From: Geosiphon pyriformis uo1
Taxonomy: Eukaryota > Fungi > Glomeromycota
NCBI GenBank assembly: GCA_016748015.1
Contig: JAAOMT010000176.1
Coordinates: forward strand, 496,617-560,616
DNA length: 64,000 bases
Direction of reading: 5' to 3'
Shown here: positions 11,801-25,850 of the stretch, piece by piece
Layout: each line of letters starts with the position of its first letter
How positions within the stretch are numbered: the stretch's first letter is position 1
Made by a program: the position numbers and the translations under genes
Notes under the pieces: model-generated
Told to the model about the DNA's origin: nothing
The model's input: only the letters and a program-made list of their open reading frames with translations
The model's database searches: none

Positions 11801-14800
11801 AAATCAGGGATATTGGAATAATGACAGCCAAAGTGAACCAACCACAGAATGGACTTGGGAAGAGAAAGAAAAAGGGAAGGAACAAGAAAAAGAGCCAGCA
11901 CAATCTGCCACTCCTACATATGTCTCATATTTTACACAACATCAGGTCATCTACTGTCGACCTAAACTTGAATGCATCACTTGCGGCAAGAAATTGTCGA
12001 CAATGGGCACATGTTGTGGCAACAACAAAAACTGGTAGACAGCAATATGATACTATTGTCGCCTATACATCATTAAACATGATGGCCAACCACTAAAAAT
12101 AGGAAAATGGGATAATATACTATGCCTAGCATATAGAGAAATGCTTCTGGATGAAAGAATGTGGAATGACATTCTAGGGCAAAGAAGAATGTGTGATGAA
12201 ACATGCCAGTAGACAATCCTAATAAACGATTAAATATGTAAAAGAATTCTCATCGACAATGCTTGGAAAAGATCATTGTGACATTTGGAGGAGTACTCGC
12301 ATGATGAACATGAAATCTGGAGAATGACCAGCACCATAGCAAAAGGTGTGACAACCAGCAAACTATTGGAAATCAAAAACAACCCACTTACTCTTCCTGA
12401 ACCTGAGTACATTGTGACTTTTGACATTTTTGACAATGTCAAAGACAATTCTGAGCAATTCTATGAGTACTACCAGAACCTGGCACTCACAAGAGAGGAG
12501 CAAGAACAATGGCTAGCACAGTTAAATACAAGGTTATGTCACCATTGCCTAATTCCCAATGACTTCGAATATTGTAATGATTGTAACCTCATCTACAATC
12601 TACCACCATGCATGATATATATCATTTCAGAGGAAATCAAACCAATTAGCAACTGTACATTAGAATTGGAATCGATTTTCAATCCCAATTCAAACTCCGA
12701 CAACGATAATAATGAAAACACTAGTTCTGGCTCCATTCAATATGACAACAACAATGATACTGATTCCAACTCAAATTCAAACTCTGATACAAAATATGAA
12801 CAATATATCGCAATCTCTGACCTCACCAGGGAATTGGAACTAAAATGGTTCAGCGATAATAATGAGGGTATTATGTCTAAACGTGTGCATAATACTGATA
12901 CCGGGTTTAATCTGAGATATCCAAGAAAAGAGGCCATTAAATTGGAACTACATTCACACATCAGGATTGATTTGAAAGTAGCACTAGAAATTCTAGCAAC
13001 AACAATGGTTCAATTAGCATCTAGGAGTAGTTTAGCAAAAAGAAGGATAAACATCAAAGGAGGAATAATTGACACGGGATATGTAGAAAATATTATCACC
13101 ATGCTACAAAATGACTCAGAAAAGACCTATATAATAGAGCCCAATGAAAAGATAGCACAGGCAATATTTCTATCTCTGGTTAAGATAGCTCAATTAGTGT
13201 CAGTGGGAAATAGAGAGGAATTAGGGATAACAGCAAGAGGAATACAGAGATTTGGATCAACAGGTAGAATAGATGTACCAGTCAATATGGCAGAAAAAAA
13301 AATTGTTGACCAAGGAGAAATTATCTTGACAGGTTAAGCAATTTCTATTTCACCATATAGCCAGTACATGGTAGAGATAAAATGAGAAATAAAAGAACAG
13401 AATCAAATTTTGAAGCTGAAGCAAGCCTTTGTGAATCAGAAGAAGTTGGACTCATCAATCTCCACATACCAGCCAAGAACTATAACTACATCAAAATTCC
13501 TATCTACAACAACACCAGAAATGTTGTCAATATACCGGAAGAAACTATCATCAGATATTTGACCACAGAAATAGAGGATCAACCACTAAGCACCATTTCA
13601 GACTTTCCACAGCTTTGTGGATATGTCAATATCACATCACAAATGATATACGGATGAAGCAAATGTTATCTGCTTCAACCAGAACAGTTGGAACAAATGA
13701 ACATGGGAAACTTAGATCCACTCCAACGTATGCAACTTAAGATGTTGCTCAACAATTTCAATGACATCTTTGCCAGCAAAAATGAGTTTGGCCAAACTGA
13801 CATCATCCAGCATCAAATCAAGACTAGAAATGCAATGCCAATTAAACAAAAAGCATACAGAGTACCACCAGCTAGCCATGAGATTATTCGTCAAGAGATA
13901 AACCAAATGCTTGACAATGGGCTAATTCAGCCATCAATGAGCCCATAGTTATTACCAGTGGTATTTGTCCAGAAAAAGAATGAGAAAATTTGCTTTTGTG
14001 TAGATTATAGAAAACTCAATAGAATAACTCGTGGAGATAGCTACTCCACTCCATGGATCCAAGAATTATTTGATGCTTTCAGTAGAAACAAATGGTTTTC
14101 AACATTAGACCTAAACAGTGGTTACTGGCAAGTAGCCATGAATCCAGCCGACAAAGAGAAAATGGCATTCATCACAAAGGAAGAGAATTTTGAATTTGAA
14201 GTAATACCATTCAGCTTAACTAATGCTCCAGCAACTTTCCAATGATTAATGGAAATTGTTTATACTGGCTTATTGTAGAAATTAGTAGTTGTATACTTAA
14301 ATGACACCAATGTATTCTCAAAAACATTTGATAATCATCTTCATCATCTTCAACAAGTATTCGAAAGACTAAGAAGAGCAGGACTAAAGTTAAATGCAAC
14401 AAAGTGCTTTTTTGGCAATACAGAACTAAAATTCTTGGGACACATAGTCAGCAAAGACGGCATCAAAATGAATCCAGAGAAAATAGGGATAGTAAAGAAC
14501 TTTCTAGTGCTAACCAATATGACAGAACTAAAATCATTCTTGAGATTTGCCAGCTACTATCAATGTTTTATCAAGAACTTTTCCAAGATAGCGCAGCCAT
14601 TCAACTAACTGCAAACCAAAAATACAAAATATGAATGGACAGAAAGTCAACAAGAAGCTTTTGATATTTTAAAAAGAAAGCTCATTCAAGCTCCAGTACT
14701 GATCTATCTAGATCACAGCAAACCATTTATCATCACCACCAATGCATCCAGCCAAGTATTGGGAGCAGTACTATCTCAGAGAGGACCAGATGGCAGAAAA

Positions 14801-15097
14801 CATCTAGTAGCATATGCCAGCAGAGGTTTAACACCAGCTAAAAAGAACTATGGAACACCAGAACAAGAACACTTATCGATATACTGGGCAGTCATGAAAT
14901 GGAAAGAATACTTGAGCCAGAAGTTTGAAGTATATACAGATCACAAAAGACTAACATCACTTCAAAAACAAGAATTTGGAAATGGAAGACAGTCAAGATG
15001 GAAAATGGCACTTGCACCATATAATTATACTATACATTATAAAAAGGGAAAAGACAATGGAAATGCTGATGGTTTGTCATAAATGAAACAAATTTAA
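8870..15097 (+). pseudogene. Gag-protease-Cys-rich-dUTPase-RT-RNase H polyprotein, family B copy 1
   Basis: Fragmented ORFs: capsid-like Gag, CYNCGK knuckle, LILNSGS protease, dUTPase (RSSLAKRR, GGIIDTGY, IAQAIF, RGIQRFGSTG, ~12840-13265), RT LDLNSGYWQV, RNase H ending NADGLS(Q)MKQI*. Confidence 0.9.
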
Positions 15098-15159
15098 AAA
15101 CATTTCAACCCAAAAATATAACAAAACCAGAACAATACCAACGAAAAATATAACAAAAG

Positions 15160-16528
15160 ATGAACATACAAAAATATTAACAACTGCAATATTATATAAA
15201 CACTTAACAGTTCAAGGAGAATTTATTTTAAACAGAATAAAAAAGTATCAAACAACAATCAAAATATTTTATCACTCACCAAAATATACTTTATTAGAAA
15301 AATAGAAAAGATTCAGATTAACCAACCAGAGTAATTACAGAGCCAGAAAAAGAGACAATATTATTCAACATGCACTCAAATCCAACAGCAGGACATTTTT
15401 ACAAAGAAGCAACCATAGAAAGAACCAGAAAAAAATATTATTGGCCATCAATGTATCCAGACATCATTCAATATGTTCAAAATTGTGATGTTTGTCAGCG
15501 AAAAAGAGGAACAAGACCCAGTGAACCATTAAGACCAATCAAAGTGGGACAACTATTTGACCATATTGGAATTGATTTAGTCAGACCATTAACAATTACC
15601 AGCAGAGGAAACAGATACATAGCAGTAGCCATGGACTATTTTACTAAATGGTTAGAGATGAAAGCAATTCAAAGAATGGATGTAGAATCCATTGCCGAAT
15701 TCATTCATTAGGATTTGATTTGTCAACATGAATGTCCAAAAGAATTATTATCAGACCAAGGAACTCATTTTGTGAACAGAACATTTACAGAATTGAGCCA
15801 AAAATTCGGAATTAAGAGACCACTATCATCACTATACCATCCACAAACCAATGAATTAGTCAAAAAATTCAACAGAACATTGTGTAAAACAATAACTAAA
15901 CTCAGCCAAGAAAACCAAAATGACTGGGATTTGTTAATACCATCAGTACTATTTGCTTATTGGACAATGAAGCAAGATACTACACAAGCAACACCATTTG
16001 AATTAGTATATGGTAGAACAGCAACACTACCAGTGGAGATAGAAGTCAGCACATACCCAACCAGACTAATAACAGAAGAAAATTTCAAAAACACATTGTT
16101 GAGAAAAACATATGACTTAATGGAAACATTAGAAAACAAATGACAAAGAGCAGCTGATAACATACAAAAATCACAAGAGAAACAAAAAAAAAGACATAAT
16201 AACCAACTACTAGATAAACCAGTTGAATTTAGAATTGGAGACAAAGTACTACTACATCGTATCAAAGTGGAAAAACATTGGAGTGGAAAATTTGACTCCA
16301 AATAGGATGGACCATTTCACATAGAAGAAATTCTAGGAAATAGAGCTTACAAATTAAGATTGAATAACAAAATCTTGACCAAAGCAGCACATGGAGATCA
16401 ACTGAAACCATACTACCATATAGTATCATCATCCACAATTAGGAGTACAGAGAATACTGGTCCAACCAGATGAGATTTCACGAGATCTGAAACCAATCAT
16501 TATTATTAACAACAACATGTCCAATTAA
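15160..16528 (+). pseudogene. DDE integrase, separate ORF with own ATG
   Basis: ATG at 15160 (MNIQK...), HSNPTAGH...CDVC, IGIDLV, SDQGTHF, GPF motif, stop at 16526-16528. Confidence 0.88.
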
Positions 16529-16582
16529 TTGACAAAAGAATATATAAGAACATGGTTAATACAACAGAAAAGATCAAAAAAA

Positions 16583-17212
16583 ATGAAAATTATGAACAAT
16601 ATCTATTCATTAGCCCAACAAAATTTTCAATTAATCCAACACCAGAAGATAGAAATTACAATCAATCAACAAATCATTCGTTACAAAAATACAGTAAAGA
16701 TACCACAAAACAAAGCACAGAAAAGACTTGAAAATGTTGTTAACAAGATCATAACCAAAATAAAATTGGCCATAAAAGAACAACAAATAGTCAGATTACA
16801 CCAAGAACTTATCAGAAAAACTTGGACTTGGTGGACACAACAATTTCCAAAAAATTATTGTTATTTTTACTTGGGACAACACGTGAATATCCAGAACTTA
16901 TATATAGATAAAACAAAGCGGTTATTCGACACAACAATACTACAACAACTAGAACATTTTGTGGGGAAAAACAACTTATCCACATAAGCTCGAGCTATAT
17001 ACTGAATACACACAGCATTTTAGGATTGACCAGAAATCCTACTCAACAAAGCAATGGATACGGTTACCAGTAATCAATTGGAAAAAATCATTAATGCTCA
17101 ATTTGAAGAATTACAGACTCAAATAACACAAGTAATTCTCGAAAATGAAATTCAGAAAATACTTCAAGAAAGAGAATTAAAGGAATTAGATTTTAACGGA
17201 ACTCAATATTAA
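16583..17212 (+). pseudogene. ORF3 of family B (209 aa, unknown function)
   Basis: One frame with point stops, ending DFNGTQY* at the PPT. Same 630-nt length in copy 2. Confidence 0.8.
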
Positions 17213-17225
17213 AAAGAGGGAATAA

Positions 17226-18192
17226 TGTTACTCATAGAATATAAGAAATATAGTATTATTAGTCAGTAGATATTAGCCAATCAGATGTAGACATAGTAAA
17301 TGTAGAATTCTAAAATTCCTCTTAGAGGAATTGAAAAATTCCAGGAATTTCAAGATTCTCTGACAAGGAATCACAGGATTCCAGAATTCCAGGATTCCTC
17401 TCATCAGGAATTGCAAGATTCCAGAATTCCAAGATTCCTCTTATCAGGAATTGCAGGATTCCAGGAATTCCAGAATTTCTGTCACAAAGAATTGAAGAAT
17501 TGAGAAATCTCAAATATGTATATATAGCAGTAGTGTTAGAAACAGAAAAGACAGAATTGACACCAAGAATCCTTAGCTTAGTTATCACAATCCTTAAATA
17601 AATAATTATTCACTATATCAAATTCATTCTTCACTATCAACACTTTATGTTGATAGTAACTGATACTTAACCATACTGGAACAATAGCTCTTGATCACGA
17701 CTATTGATAGGATACTAACTTGCAAATTGCCTTGGCTTATTTCTTATTTTCTTTTTTATCTTTCTTTATTTTTTTTGTTGTTTACTAACTTGATTAAAAG
17801 ATTTATTCTTGGAGGACTTACGGAGAAATAAAACTTACTTAAAAATACTTACTCTTGGAGGACTTATGAAGGAATAAACTTGCTTGAAACAATACTTACT
17901 CTTAGAGGACTTACGGAGGAACTGACATCAGGAAACAGCACTAGTATACACTTACAGAGGATATTGTACCAGGAGAATCATCAATTATCAAGCTGAGCAA
18001 GCAATCAATGAAACTAAGATTTCAGAGAACTATTAATAAACAGTTGCCATTGAATCTCTGTCTATTATACAAAGAACTCAATAAAAAAACCTTCAGATAA
18101 AATACCTTCAGATTATTATCATTACCAATTATCTTGAGCATCAAGTTATGGGTTTGTTATTCACTCGACACTTCAAAGACTCACCTGTAACA
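17226..18192 (+). repeat. 3' LTR, family B (967 bp)
   Basis: Preceded by PPT AAAAAGAGGGAATAA. One extra 40-bp unit (17401-17440) relative to the 5' LTR. Confidence 0.95.
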
Positions 18193-19303
18193 CCATACGT
18201 TCTTATGCACCTGGAATACTGATGCCAAAAAAAAGTTGATTTCTGACATGATTAAGACATAAACTAGCTTGTCTGGAATTGGTGATGTTAATTGTGCTGT
18301 GATTTGCTCTTTGCATGATATTGAACTGTCAGATGGTTTGTATATGGCTCTGGCCAAGAGTTTCGTGTTAAAGGAATGAGTGGCTAACACAATGCATTTG
18401 TTAAGCCCTGGATCTAACAGGGGTTTGTTGGTCATTAATCTGGTTTGTGAATTTGCAGAAGGTCATCGATCTTTTATTTGGATACCGACCACCAAATTGA
18501 GGGTGTATTATGAGAAACACGGCCTTTTGCTAAGGAATGGCTTTGTGTTTCTGACCATATCTAGCTTGGCGTCTGTGTGGTTTCATAAAATGGTTTTTGA
18601 TTTTGGAGTCAGATTGGACATACATATTTGTTTTGGTTTGTATCCTAGTTTAGTGAACTTGTATTTTGGTTTTCTGCATGACTTTCCTGTGCTGGAAGGT
18701 TTGGGTGTGTAGTGTTGCCTTAACTTGGCTCGAGTGGCCAGTCACATGTTGACAACACATGAGCCATGCTTAATTTAGAGTCTTGTTAATTCTATGTACT
18801 TAGATAGTGATTGGACTGCATTTGTAAAAGCTAAATTAAAAAAAAAAATAGAATAACAACTAAATTAAAACATTTAATTTATTTATTATATTAGTATTTT
18901 TTTTAAAAAATACAAAAACATTAAAACAAAAATAAAAAAATAAATTGCCAGAAAAAGACTTATTTTCAAAAAAAATATATAAAACTTTTATATCAAAAAT
19001 AATTTTACAAATTTAGAAAATTTTTTATAACTTATAATAATTATTTCTTAAAACATTTAACAAATATTCCAAAAATTAATAATAGCTTTAAAAATATTTT
19101 CTGATTTATTTATAATAATTAATAGAAGTTAAATTAATTGTAAATAATTTACAAAATTATTATTTTATTATTTTTTATTATGCATTTTAACGAACAAAGT
19201 CCAATTGCTATTTAGTATATAGAGCCAAACTAAATGGTTCAAACTAAATGCAATTTACACACTTACTACATATGACTAGCCACTCAGGCCAGACAAAGCA
19301 ATA

Positions 19304-22300
19304 CTACACACCTATATTAACACTTATATTGTCACCCAGACCAGAGAAAAAACAACATGGCTTACAATGACCAAAGCTAATAGCAAAAGATTCAATGACA
19401 CCAAGTAATTTGACTACCCCTTTAGACAACATTGAAGACACACTACAGGAAAGACCAGAAATCACACCCCCATCAACAACCAAGCCAGTCTTTTCCATTT
19501 GCATCCTGTGTTTAGATCTCACCAACTATATCTTCACATAATACAACTCTGTAATAAATCTAACAAAATTGACAACCTTACCAACAGCCTGCTTTTTATC
19601 ATCAAAAACACTTTGTGTCTCCTCATATCACTCACTCAATACAAAACCTTTACAAACAACAAAATACAAGCCAACATCCAAAAAACAGATAGACAAAGCC
19701 TGCAGAATGGCGGAAAATGACAAAACACAGACACCAGTCACAGAAACCCAATAGGTAGAAGCCTCAGCCAGAATCTTATTGCAAATAACTACATCCTGAG
19801 CACACATAAAAGCATGATCCAAAAACTCTACCTTGCTGTACAGCAAGCACATCACACCAAGATACTTCTTATTATACAACCTTTTCCAAACCATCACTAG
19901 GAGATGCCTATGCACAGCCTTCATCAAATAAGTACACAAGTTCAAAAAACTCTGATTAGTGAACTCAGCAAGCATATGAGAATTGGAATGCCATACTTTT
20001 GCAGTAGCAACCCAGTCTACACCTCTAACCAGCACATCAGGAACCACATTATAACCAAGCCCAGCCTCCCAGTAAGCATGATTAACAGACTGAAAAATGT
20101 CCTTAACAAAATGATAGGCATTGCCAGAAACTGCAGTATCCTCAGCCACCAAAAATTGCTCGCAAACTCTGGCCAGTAGTGTAAAAGGAAACCGAATAGC
20201 CTTCTCAGCTGCCAAATCAGCCTTAACATTGCCAGAGACACCAAAATGCCCCTTAACTTTAACCCAAACCACTTTAAAATCTTTATCTTAAATCAAATTA
20301 AAAATATGACACCTCTCTAACCAGCACCAGTTTTGAAAATCAGACACAGTAGACAACAATTCCAACAAGCAAGAATTGATAGCAATCTGACTGTCAATAT
20401 GCAAAACCAACTTACATGAAGATGGAACACATTCAAGAAACAAAGCAACAGTCTGTAATTCAGCAAGAGTGGATGACAAAAGACCATAAACCACAACCCC
20501 AACACTCAAATCCAAAGCCAGAAAATATGCAGTTGCACCACAAGTAACATTAGCAGAGCCAGCCCTTTTCAAAGACCCATCAGTATATACCTCAAAACAA
20601 TCAGACCAGACATCATGCAAGCCATCTTTCACAGTGAAAAACACATTAGACTCCAAAATGTTCAGATGACCAGATCGACCAGATCCAGTAGAGCTGGGCA
20701 AAAAAAAACCTTGGATCAACAAAAACTTAGATGCAATTAAGAACCAGTGAAGTACAGAGCCTCAAGAATCCAATCTCTTCCAATGACAAAAGGTTTTCTA
20801 ATCAAACACACTACTTTTCTTGCTCAAAAGATGGTTATCAAAAGCAATCCCAAATCTCCTCATAGATTGACCAGAATCAAAATACAAAGAATTCTCTAGA
20901 ATTGATAACATCGGAAAATAACCAAGACTATGAAAGACATTAGGAAAGTTATTTACCAAAGAAAGTTCATTATCCAAAAAAATCTTTACAATCCCAGCCA
21001 AAAAATTGTTAATAGGACTAATACGCAGCTTGACAGAAAACTGGAGTGGGTTTAGAGAAGCCCAACCAAGAACCTGCAAGTCCAAAAACCTATGATTGAA
21101 CAGACATCCAAGAACACCAGAGACATTAGAAAAAAAAACCAAAGCAACAACCTTCCTCTCAGATTGCACTTACTCGAAAGTCTTCAAGTCATACAAAAAA
21201 AGGTAATGCAAAGCAGCATCAGAGAAATCACAAGGCAGACCAGCCTTGGACTTAAGATCTTTTCTAACCATAACATCCTACTTGTGACAAACACCAGATG
21301 AAACATAACTAAACTGAGTTCAGTAGCTAATAATAGGCTACAAGACAGCAGAAACCAAGTATGAATACTGTTTATCTGTAATAGCCTTTCTGAGCACAAC
21401 ATTGACAAAAAAACGAACATCAGAATGAGTTTTTACAACACTCGACTTAGACAATCTCTCTGTAAACAAGAAGATCCCCAAATAACGATGCGCTTTGCCC
21501 TTTTTGGTAATAAAAATCAGTTGACCACAAATGTTTAGAGAGACAACTTTGACACCTTGATTAATGGGAATAGCCACTGTTTTATCATTATTCATAGAGA
21601 TATTGTTGATCTTGAAAAACTCACTGGCAATGTTCAAAGCATACTAAGTAGAGGCTTGATAATTTCCAACCCAAATTGTGTCATCAACAAAGGCACCAGC
21701 TGCGAAATAAGATGTTATTTCACCAACACTCTTAACCTTGCCCGTTTTCACAACAAACTTTGAGTCAATGCGATACCCACATAACTGTTCATGTCTTTTT
21801 ACCTTACACAAAAGCAGATCATAGAAAATCCTCCACAAAAGAGGTGAAAAAACTTCACCCTGATCTAAACCATCATGAACTTTGTAACCATTTGACAAGC
21901 CAAAATCAGTCATCATTCTGTTAATCTTGTTCTCATGAATATTACCAAAAAAGTTAATGAATCTTTCGCACATCTTGATATGTCACAAGCTAGCTCTCAA
22001 ATGATGCCAACCAATGGAATCATATGTCTTTCGCATATCCAGCAACACCAACCAAATTTTCCTGTTCTTCTCGAGAGAGTCCTTTACTACAAACCCAACT
22101 GCAAACACTAGAGATTGTATGGACATGTTGCGAAGCACCGAAAAGTTATTACCTTGGAGAACACCAAACTTGCTACACACCAATGATATATGATTAAAAA
22201 AAATTTTGGACAAAATTTTCCTAGCAGTTTCAATCAGAGCAATCAGCCGAATGTTTGTAAGGACCCTATTCCAATCATAAGACTTAAGAATTATTGAAAT

Positions 22301-23998
22301 CCATGCCCTTTTTCACAAAGCAGACATTATACCAACAGATAAACACATGTTCAATAACACCAAAAAGCACTTCAATACTTCTTCACCACCATGTTTTTAC
22401 AGTTTATTAGGAATGCCAGATAGGCTAGTGGCTTTGCCATTAGGCAGATCACCAACAACCGAAAGCAATTTATCCATACTGATCACATTTATCACACTAG
22501 AAAAAATACCATCTCTAACATAGTCCAAAGGTGCATACTGATGAGCCCAGAGACCAGAAATCACAGAAGACACCACATATTCCCTTGTCCAATCTTCCAT
22601 GATTTTTTTGACATTCAATTTCACCCCATCTGGCTCCAAAATCAACTCATCATTGACTACCAAATGATTCAACACAAACTTTCGAAAAGGCCTATCTAAG
22701 ACACTCTTGATCATACTTCCCTTATCCAAACAAAACTTTTCCATGTGCTTTTTGACAGCCTCTCTAACAGCAGCCTCTTGTGCCAACTTTGATTTGTGTA
22801 ATTTAAACTTTCTATATTCTTTTCTGATAAGTGACAAATACTTAAGAACATCCTCCAATTTTCGACCATCATGAATCATGTTTTCCAAAACAAGAGCATT
22901 AGTAGCATTCAAAAACACCCACTTCTTAGCAAAACGGTTGAAACCAAGAATATTAATGGAATCCAGTTTCTTGACAATCTTTGCAATTAACAACTCCAAA
23001 CCCAGAAATTTAGAAGATTGCATATTTCTCGAACACTGAAAAACACTGAACCAATGTCTAGAAAATATCTCATCAGCAAAATCCACTAAAGCCTTTTTTA
23101 GCAGTGACCACATAGCATCTAAATTACGATTAGCAGCAGCAGCAGCAAAAAACCTATTCTTCATCATCAAAATTTTGGTGAAGGAGCAGTCTTTAAAATA
23201 AGACCACTTAACACTATTTGCATCTCTGATTTTGAATTTCCAATGATCCCTATTAGCCTGCTTATGCAAACTATTCAACTGAACATCCAAGAGTCTTTCC
23301 AAACCAATTGACACAACAACAGTATTGTGATCCATATCAAAAAATTCAGAAACAGAACCAACCCAATGTTTAGCAACAGAAGAAGCCAAACTCTCACTAA
23401 CAAAAATGTAATCAATAGTCTTTTCAACTCTTTTTGAATTGCACCAAGTAGGAGTATTAACCAAAAGATAACCAGTAAACAAATTTACCAGACCCAGACT
23501 TGAGCAAAACCTGAAACTCATGCTCTTTCCAAACTCACATTCATTAAAATTCTCACCTAGGACCACAAAAGTGCTGGAGTTAACAGCTTTAGCAATAATG
23601 GAGTTCATCTCAGATGCCTGTCTAAAATGAACACTAGAGAAAGCACCAGTGTACAAACCAAGAACAGTCACAGAGAGCTTGTCTTTGAACAAAAGTCATA
23701 CCGAGACAATCCAACCAGGCATCTCTTCAATCTTAGACACATGTTGAGCCAGAGAATTGTTCATAATAACAGCCACTCCTGCACCAAGAAAACTTTTCTC
23801 CAAATCTGACGTGAAGATACACATGCCCTCAAACTTATTAGCAATCCATGGCTTAACACTGGACCTCAATTTAGTTTCCATGACAAAAGACACCAAATTA
23901 CCTGAATTTACATACCAATGCATAATGTCCACTTGCTTGGCAGGAACATTGATACCCCAGACATTACACATACCAAATTTTCAAACTAACTCACTTAT
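19304..23998 (-). pseudogene. LINE ORF2: AP endonuclease - RT - RNase H - CCHC finger
   Basis: CNVWGIN, ETKL, LGENFN, IDYIFVS (APE); LLDMRKTYDSI, GLDQGEVFSPLL, AFVDDT (RT); VYTDGS, WVKVKGH..GNVKAD (RNase H). Confidence 0.92.
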
Positions 23999-25850
23999 TG
24001 AGAGACAGTAGAAGCCGGCAAACCCAAACCAGAACACAAACAATTCAACTTTTCCAAAACCGACTCAACTGATACTTCTAAAGCCACCAACTTAGATTCC
24101 AATCCATCCACCTTGGAGGTTAAAACCTTAGAACTACTCAAGCTAAGATTGGCAACTGTGTCTACAACAATCACAGGAGGAAGAATGGAAGATGCCAGCG
24201 TATCATCTATGACCATATCTGAATCCACAACAAAGATTAAAGGCACTGGAATGACTGAAGGTAAGACAGATGACTTGGATGCCAGAGGCACCAATTCCAC
24301 AAAACTTAACTTCTTCATAATTTCAGACACCTGATCTGCCAAAAGTTTCAGAAACCTTTCCAAGACTGCCAAATGATCATTTAAGTCAGAGAAGACTATA
24401 GACACAGGAGAAGAAATACCACCAAAACCCAAGAGTTCATAAAAAGAGAGATCAGGACCAGATTCAGAGCGAATACTACCAGAAGACTTAGAGAGTGAGA
24501 CCACTTGGGTCCAAAATTTGCCACCAAAAGCAGCAAGATGAGATATTGAAACACATTTTTTTTCATACAGTTTAGCAAACTGAAAACAAACTTTCTCTGA
24601 AGCATTTTTTTTGTATGATCTCTTAAATGATGGCTGCATGATTGCATCTGGTGTATCATATTCAAGAGCTGAATGTCCAAAACACCCACACTTCTCACAA
24701 TGAACCAAATCCATTCTAGCCCAAGAGAGTTTCATCTCATTGAAGATAGACTCTGTGTAAAAAGCAGATTCTAGATTCTCATTAGAGACAAAACTAACTA
24801 CCACACAGTGAATTCTATTACCAATTTCCATAGACCTGTTTATGATGCATGTTTTCCCACCAGCCCTTTCTAAGAGATTGTTCAAATCATGAGCAGTTGT
24901 TCTCACAGATAAAGTAAACAGAAGTGCTCTAAACCGATCCCTAGATGCCCAAGTCTCACAATTCCCTACTGCTTTGGCTACATGCACAGAATCTTTACCA
25001 ATCAGGAATGACCACTTTGATGCCAATGAATCAGCTTGGTCTATTTCAACAAACTCCACTATAGTCTTTTGCCACATTCCAATTAATTGAATTTTGATTG
25101 ACACAATTTCCTCAAATTCAAATACTGTGGTAACAATCATATCTTTAGGTATATTCATGGGAATTTTTTTGATTATCACAGCCCAATCTGACCTCATTCT
25201 TTGTCTCTTAAGATCACTGTTTACATCAATTCCTTTTTTCCTAGCCAATAATGCGACTATCTTCATGCTTTTTTCTGATGTAAACATTGATTGGATGATC
25301 CCTTCAAATTTTGAGGGGGTAGTGGCCTCCCCAAAACCATTGACTGTTGAAAAAATTTTCCTAATTAACTAAGTCTTTGCTATTGCTAATTTACTTTCTA
25401 CAGCTGAGAAATTAATATCCAAAGCAAATAACTTTCTAATTGACACTTCCACAGGAGTCTTGATAATTTTAGGGTCAATCCACTTTTTTTCTAAAGAGAT
25501 AGACAAGCAAGGAGGGAGCACAACTTTATCATCATCCATATGAAAGTTAAGAGAGCTAAGTAGAGAACTAAAACCAACACCAGTATTGACTTACTTTGTC
25601 TTGGATGTAGTAGCAGCTGAACCCAAAAGAGACCCACCATTTGTCCTAGACATGCTAACATCCTCATCCTCACCAGATAGACTCTCCACATCAGAATAAA
25701 TACTGCCACTAGATTCAGATTTGTTCAAAGATATATTTTTTTCATCACTAGAATGTTTTATATTACCAAGAACAACTTTTTTTTTCTGAGAAAAGAAGTC
25801 ACCAGCAGGACCATGAAAAACACCCTTAGAAGCCTTCTTTTTCAGAAAAT
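23995..25850 (-). pseudogene. LINE ORF1 (RRM-like domains + CCHC knuckle + C-terminal heptad-like segment)
   Basis: 430-aa open stretch; CEKCGCFGHSALE knuckle; upstream fragments KKVVLGNIKHS. Confidence 0.85.

Larger units (their letters stand above)
7884..18192 (+). mobile_element. Full-length Ty3/gypsy LTR retrotransposon, family B copy 1 (10.3 kb), decayed
   Basis: Two LTRs TGTTAC...GTAACA, 4-bp TSD CCAT (7880-7883 / 18193-18196), PBS, PPT, all coding domains. Confidence 0.97.
7685..18850 (+). mobile_element. 3' end of a LINE (LINE-1 here), interrupted by the family B element; pieces 7685-7883 and 18197-18850
   Basis: Removing 7884-18196 rejoins VWHPDGG...CIHCGLVENSDH|TFLC (ORF2 C-terminal CCHC finger, homologous to 19628-20272). 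Stop at 18712, conserved 3' UTR, A-rich tail ~18838-18850. Confidence 0.88.
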
